This document shows, one piece after another, positions 58,969 through 64,000 of a stretch of 64,000 nt of DNA. Numbering within the stretch: position 1 is the stretch's first letter; every line of letters starts with the position of its first letter. Under the pieces are notes generated by a model. It made no database searches. It was not told where the DNA came from and saw nothing but the letters and a program-made list of their open reading frames with translations. The translations under genes and the position numbers were made by a program. Origin of the DNA: Neodothiora populina (Eukaryota); NCBI RefSeq assembly GCF_041146345.1, contig NW_027191409.1, forward strand, positions 1,550,001 to 1,614,000, read 5' to 3'.

Positions 58969-61737
58969 TCAATAAGCTGCTTCGCTTGTTGTAGGCTGTG
59001 CGGATGTGAAGCCATTAGCGGCCGATGTTGCCCGATGCATCACATCCACTCCATTGCTTCCAGTTCCCATCTCGCGTGGCAATGAGACGCTCTCGCTCGT
59101 CGTCTTCGCACAGTATTCTTGTATCAGTCGCTGAAGGTCCATCAGCTTGAAGGGCTTTGTCATGAAGCCCTTCATGCCCACCTTCGCCGCCCTTTCGAGT
59201 GCGGCATTCGTCACATCTGCTGTGACGGCCAGTACAGTAGGTCCGCCTTTGCCATTGACGACACCATTCTTTCCGTACTCCATAGACAAAATCTTCTCGG
59301 TGGCTTCATAGCCGTCCATGAACGGCATCCACAAATCCATAAGTACAACATCGACATGCCCGTGTTTGGCCATTTGTCGAACTGCTTCGGCGCCATCGTA
59401 GGCTTCATGAATGGTCTTGTACCCAAACTTCCTGAGCATGCTGACCAGTAGCTTGCGGTTTATCTTGTTGTCCTCGGCAACGAGGAAGGTGAGCGGATAT
59501 TTGAGTGCAAGCTCGCGATCGATGCTATTCAGTGTTGCCGATGCTTTGCGGTTTCCGTTCGCCTTGGCGACACTGTGCGGCAGGACTGGGAAGTGAGAAT
59601 GACTCTGGCTCTGGCGCTTCTCACCTTGTTTGCGAGATTTCAAGTCCATGTCCAATTGAGGCGCCGGTATATCTGCGCGGCGGCTCGCCGACGTGTTCGC
59701 AATCATACTCGTCGTCGGGGTGGGCGGGTAAACAGGCGTTGGAGAAGGTCGTCCATCCGAATCTACTGACCCCGAATTCCGTTGTCGTGTGGTTTGGGGC
59801 GAGCTGAACGGTGAGACTGGCCGGCTTACGATTTCGCCCGGTGTGACTGGTATTCTCATCTCGAATTCACTGCCTTGTCTAGGACCTTCGGTTTCCGTGC
59901 GAATACAAAACAAGTCGCCGCCTAATTTCCGTGCAAGTCCCTTGGCCACTAAGAGACCTAAACCTAAGCCTTCGCTTTGTCGAGTCAACGACGGATCTTC
60001 CTGCGAGAAAGGCTGGAAGAGTTTGGGCAAGAAAGCTGCAGGTATGCCGGGTCCGGTATCCGTGCATCTGATAACAATGTAGCGACCCTTCGGGCTCATT
60101 TTAGCAGCCATACAAACCTTGCCCTGATCTGTGAATTTGATAGCATTGAGAAATACGCATGAGATAAGCTTGGCAAGGTCCTTTTCGTCTACCAGAATGG
60201 TTTCTTGTACACCGGGATCCACGGTCCATTCGATAATCTTCGTTCTTGGTTCACCGCTGGCGGAGTACGTGCAGACTTCGATGACTTCGCCAAGCTGCGT
60301 CTCTTTCGCTATGGCAGACTCGGGTCTTCCACCAACTTTGAGACCCTCATTGACTACGTATTGCAAGACCTGTCGTAAATTGGTGTGACGGACACCAGGG
60401 GCGACTGGACGGTCGCCAGGATGCACAGATGCCACACTGGCAATCGGTGGTCGCTGTGGTGGTGGCTTGATCATGGGCTGGTTCTGTATCGATTGGAAGT
60501 CTTGCTCGACTGTCTCACTCAGTTCGTTCTTCGAGGACCGTGTTGCTGACGTCGCTCGTAATTTTCTTGGGTAGCCCTCCTGTAAGATTCGATCCTCGTC
60601 TCGCCGACGCTTATTAGGCCGTTGAATCGGAAGATTGCTACCGGCGACAAGTATTTCGGGATGGCTGGCGAAGGTCTCTGGCAAGTCGGAATCAGTCGAC
60701 TCCTCGTGTCGGAGTGGGCTGCTCTCCGGGATGCCCATATTCATGTCGTAGGCATGTACGACGTTGTCAGCAGCCTCTACGGCACGTCGAGAGCTATCTT
60801 GCACGATCTCAATGTTGTCTTTGAGACTCTCGAAGATCTTCCGCACTGTCGGATCGGACTGGCCTTCGGCGGCCTCTTGGACCGTGGCGTACATAACATC
60901 GAGCATGCCGACAACACCTTGCATAGGTGTACGAAGTTCGTGAGACAAGCTCTTTGCGTAAGGTTGTAGTGATTGTGCGGCGGTGACTACTTCATGTGGG
61001 ATGATTCTGTTAGATTCCCGAGGCACGCCGTTCATGGTGATGAAGCCTGAGCCCTCGAGCAGTCTTTCGGTAATCATGTCCTCGATGGCGTGCATGAAAA
61101 GCTCGATGTAGGACCACGAGAAGGGTCGATTGCGATTGCCCTCTAAGGACCACATGATGCCGAAATGAGCAAAGCACTTGTTGTCGAAGAAGAGCGGTAT
61201 GCCGATATACGAGTCTGCGGCGAAAGGCAGATTGTTGGGGTTCTTGCTGAAGATCTCGCCGACCTTTTCCGGCACGACGAAGACCTTGTCGTGACGCATG
61301 TAGCCGCAAGGGCAGCCGTAAGCATGATATTTCATGTTCTTCTCGGCACCAGCCAGGCCATGCCCATCATTGTAATACCAAGCTGCAGCCATCAAACAAG
61401 ATCCGGGCTCGCCAATGGGCGGCATCTCGACAGCGGCATCCTGCTCATCGACCAAGATACGCTTCGCGATGAACGACAGCTGAGCGCCCAACGATTCTGC
61501 CAGCTGCTCAGCACAGATGCCCCAGAAGTCGTCAGTGCTAACACCGCGGAGCTTCTCCTTCATTTGGACGAGTCTCTCCAAGCCCTGAGTCTCTTGTGGG
61601 GTGTAAAGGCGATTGAGTTCTCGAGAGAAGTTCTGATCTCCATTGTGTATCACGGTTTCGGGTGAGGCTGCGGGCGCCAAACATATTGATTTCCTCAACT
61701 CTGGGTCAAGGAGTTTTCCGGCCTCCTGCCCGTCCAT
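58969..61737 (-). CDS. Hybrid sensor histidine kinase / response regulator
   Basis: H-box LSHELRTPMQG, N-box LNAIKFT, DTGPGI, GLGLGL, receiver AEDNKIN...MDLWMP..DG...TKPF and an N-terminal putative GAF-like region. First ATG at 61737 (61821 is a TTG); apparently intronless. Confidence 0.93.
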   Translation of the reverse strand: MDGQEAGKLLDPELRKSICLAPAASPETVIHNGDQNFSRELNRLYTPQETQGLERLVQMKEKLRGVSTDDFWGICAEQLAESLGAQLSFIAKRILVDEQDAAVEMPPIGEPGSCLMAAAWYYNDGHGLAGAEKNMKYHAYGCPCGYMRHDKVFVVPEKVGEIFSKNPNNLPFAADSYIGIPLFFDNKCFAHFGIMWSLEGNRNRPFSWSYIELFMHAIEDMITERLLEGSGFITMNGVPRESNRIIPHEVVTAAQSLQPYAKSLSHELRTPMQGVVGMLDVMYATVQEAAEGQSDPTVRKIFESLKDNIEIVQDSSRRAVEAADNVVHAYDMNMGIPESSPLRHEESTDSDLPETFASHPEILVAGSNLPIQRPNKRRRDEDRILQEGYPRKLRATSATRSSKNELSETVEQDFQSIQNQPMIKPPPQRPPIASVASVHPGDRPVAPGVRHTNLRQVLQYVVNEGLKVGGRPESAIAKETQLGEVIEVCTYSASGEPRTKIIEWTVDPGVQETILVDEKDLAKLISCVFLNAIKFTDQGKVCMAAKMSPKGRYIVIRCTDTGPGIPAAFLPKLFQPFSQEDPSLTRQSEGLGLGLLVAKGLARKLGGDLFCIRTETEGPRQGSEFEMRIPVTPGEIVSRPVSPFSSPQTTRQRNSGSVDSDGRPSPTPVYPPTPTTSMIANTSASRRADIPAPQLDMDLKSRKQGEKRQSQSHSHFPVLPHSVAKANGNRKASATLNSIDRELALKYPLTFLVAEDNKINRKLLVSMLRKFGYKTIHEAYDGAEAVRQMAKHGHVDVVLMDLWMPFMDGYEATEKILSMEYGKNGVVNGKGGPTVLAVTADVTNAALERAAKVGMKGFMTKPFKLMDLQRLIQEYCAKTTSESVSLPREMGTGSNGVDVMHRATSAANGFTSAQPTTSEAAY

Positions 61738-64000
61738 CCTGGGTCCACTGAGAGGTGCTCCAGTTCGTCCGGTTAGGCAGTCGCACGATGCTTTGAAATG
61801 CGGCAGAGCAGAAGAAGGCAAGGCAGTTCGTCTGGTCGTTGTAGGCAGATGGGTCTTTTCGAAGGATGCTAGCGTTGCGACGACGTGATTGATGATGCCG
61901 TGTATATATGCGATCTTACCGTTGGAACGGAAGGACGAAGATCTGGCTCAGTGTAAAGAGGATGCGAGATGTTGGCCAAAAGTGGTAAGAAATCTGCTTC
62001 TACTGTGTGTCGAGTATCCGAGATATCAGAGACAGTCGGGTTCCTTTACGCAATCAACCTAAGGTAATGTCAAAGAAGACTGAATATTGACGAATTGGCG
62101 AGAGGCGGATCGATTGACCAAAACGCTGGATTGTGTTGATGTACGTCGAATCGAATCGGCAGGAACGTCGATGGTTGTGGTCGGGAAGGGCAGGTACAAG
62201 AAGCGCAGCAGGCAGCAGACATAACCCGATTTTGCGACGCAACGAACATTTGACGAATGGCAAGCAGCAAAGAGAGTTTCAATCTGACTCCACCTAACCC
62301 CTTCGCATCGAGGCCTGGCGGAGGGTCGGTTGTGTAACGCTCTATGAACAGGGTGCTGAGAGTTCGCAGCTAGCCTCAAGCGCTAGCGGTCCAGACCTCC
62401 AAGGAACTTCTCTGCTTGTTAATGTTGTGGGTGGAAAAGCTGAGCACATCTTCCGTATTCGTCATGGACCACCTCTGCCCTTCGACTGCCGCTACCTGCG
62501 AATTCTGCAGCCGTTGGCATCATGTCCTGTCCTGTGATCTCCTGCGCTTCTGGAGTCTGCTCCGAGTCGCTTTTGTTCGGCGTAAACGAGATAATCTTCG
62601 CTTTTCAGCAACGCCGAGTGTGTGATTGGTAACCTCCAGCGTCATCTGCTCGACCCTGTGACCCTCGATTTTCCCCTCGAGGTGTTCCCACACTGGTGCA
62701 TGCGCTGGACCCGAACAGGTATGGCGCGAGACCACTCACAAGAGGTTGACGTCAATCATTACCCTGATTAGCCTTGTACAAGTACGATTCGCTAAGGCAC
62801 AATATCGGACATAACGATACGTGACATTGGCTGACCGAATATTCATCTTCTTTCCAATCTACGCTAGGCTCTTGAGTGATGGGTCCCGACGTCTTCTGAA
62901 CGAGTCACGGCGGCTCTTTGATACTGACACAGCTATGTCTGGACAGTCGCGCAACTGATCAATCGCGGCAGAAGATAGTGGATACTATGAAATCGTCTAC
63001 TATCGGCTGCAGACATGCCAATCTCTCGTTCAGTCGCCTGTTCGAGATCCATGAGAGCAATCTGGATTCCTGAACAGCGCAGATCATAGGCGATCTCTCC
63101 AGGGACGCGTAAGGGACCTCCCAAGCACAACACTCCATGGAGTAACTGCGTAAGTACATTTCAGTCGAAGCACGGAATCCTACTCCGTTGCACCGAGCGA
63201 GAGGCTTGAGCAAAGGCTTGCAGTGCAGGGTAAATGCTACACTAACCCCCATACCCGCCGACATCCGTGGTTCAAATCTTTCGGGAATATCACATGGAGT
63301 TTTGCCAGACGTCTCTAAGTTCCGTTTAGCTCTACTTTTTGGACCAAAGTTCTGTACCAGTTATCGCAGCACACAGTTGGATGCGATGCCACTCTTGATG
63401 GCCCGTTAAAGCCACCCGCTTGATACGAGTCGAATACAGCATATCGGCTTGGGCTTCCGAGGCGACTTGCTTTCGGCCAAACAGATACTTTATCATTGAC
63501 CGCGACGCCACTTCGAGGATAGCATAGACACCAAACCTATAAGTGCCAGTTTTATGTTCAAAGCCACAGAAACTCTATGATTAGTCACAATCTTAGATCT
63601 CTGGGTTCATTAAGCATATCGGCAGATCTGTTCCCTAAACACGCCGTCTCTTTGGTGGAGTAGCAGTCCGTCCCAGAAAACAGGAAAAGTCGGCTACCGT
63701 ACCCAGGTCATCAACGGACGAGCATACGGTCCAGTGAATTGTGTCACTGGCGATGTCATTACAGATGAGGTTCTTTTGCTTGACAACATGACAAACGTCT
63801 TCATTCAGGTTGTGCGTCTGTTGTCTCAGGTGCTTGCCTGTACCGATCTTCATAACTCATAATTGGCAAATTTACCTCCCGAAGGGTTAGAGTGTTTCTC
63901 GCTCGATTTAATGGTCAGGTAAAACACCGGCCAACGGATAAAGCGGCCAACGGTCACCCTGGGAGGCTTTGCATTCTGTTTCTCGTTCTCTTGCCGTTTC

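Noticed and set aside
63255..63290. tRNA suggested by GGTTCAAATC
   Set aside because: No T-stem pairing, acceptor stem or D-arm around it.
1..64000. Numerous overlapping or antisense ORFs in the six-frame track, CRISPR arrays and prokaryotic systems
   Set aside because: The ORFs are shadows of GC-rich real genes; the DNA is eukaryotic and no repeat-spacer array was seen.

Overview
Gene-dense, intron-containing DNA from a filamentous ascomycete. Short GT-AG introns with CTAAC/CTGAC branch points and the gene content suggest Pezizomycotina, probably a Dothideomycete (inference). About 23 protein-coding genes can be supported, mostly housekeeping: the PRP28 5' end, a SAP30BP/HCNGP-like gene, a cytochrome c1 heme lyase, PRE4, an MBD4-like glycosylase, kinesin-7, a peroxisomal acyl-CoA ligase, LSM6, a SAM methyltransferase, a dienelactone hydrolase, RPS28 and a hybrid histidine kinase. 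The clearest system is a three-gene mycosporine (UV sunscreen) cluster at 20.4-26.8 kb: a DDGS-type sugar-phosphate cyclase, a COMT-like O-methyltransferase and a MysC-like ATP-grasp ligase. Its promoter regions share a GGGGTAGA motif, no MysD/MysE or reductase gene is adjacent, and a block of orphan genes follows. Other notable signals are a type II membrane protein with FUT8/NodZ (GT23)-like motifs, perfect inverted repeats in both RPS28 introns plus hairpins downstream of its stop, and small spliced genes missed by the ORF track. No tRNA, rRNA, transposon or CRISPR was recognised. All homology calls come from motif recognition by eye, not from searches.
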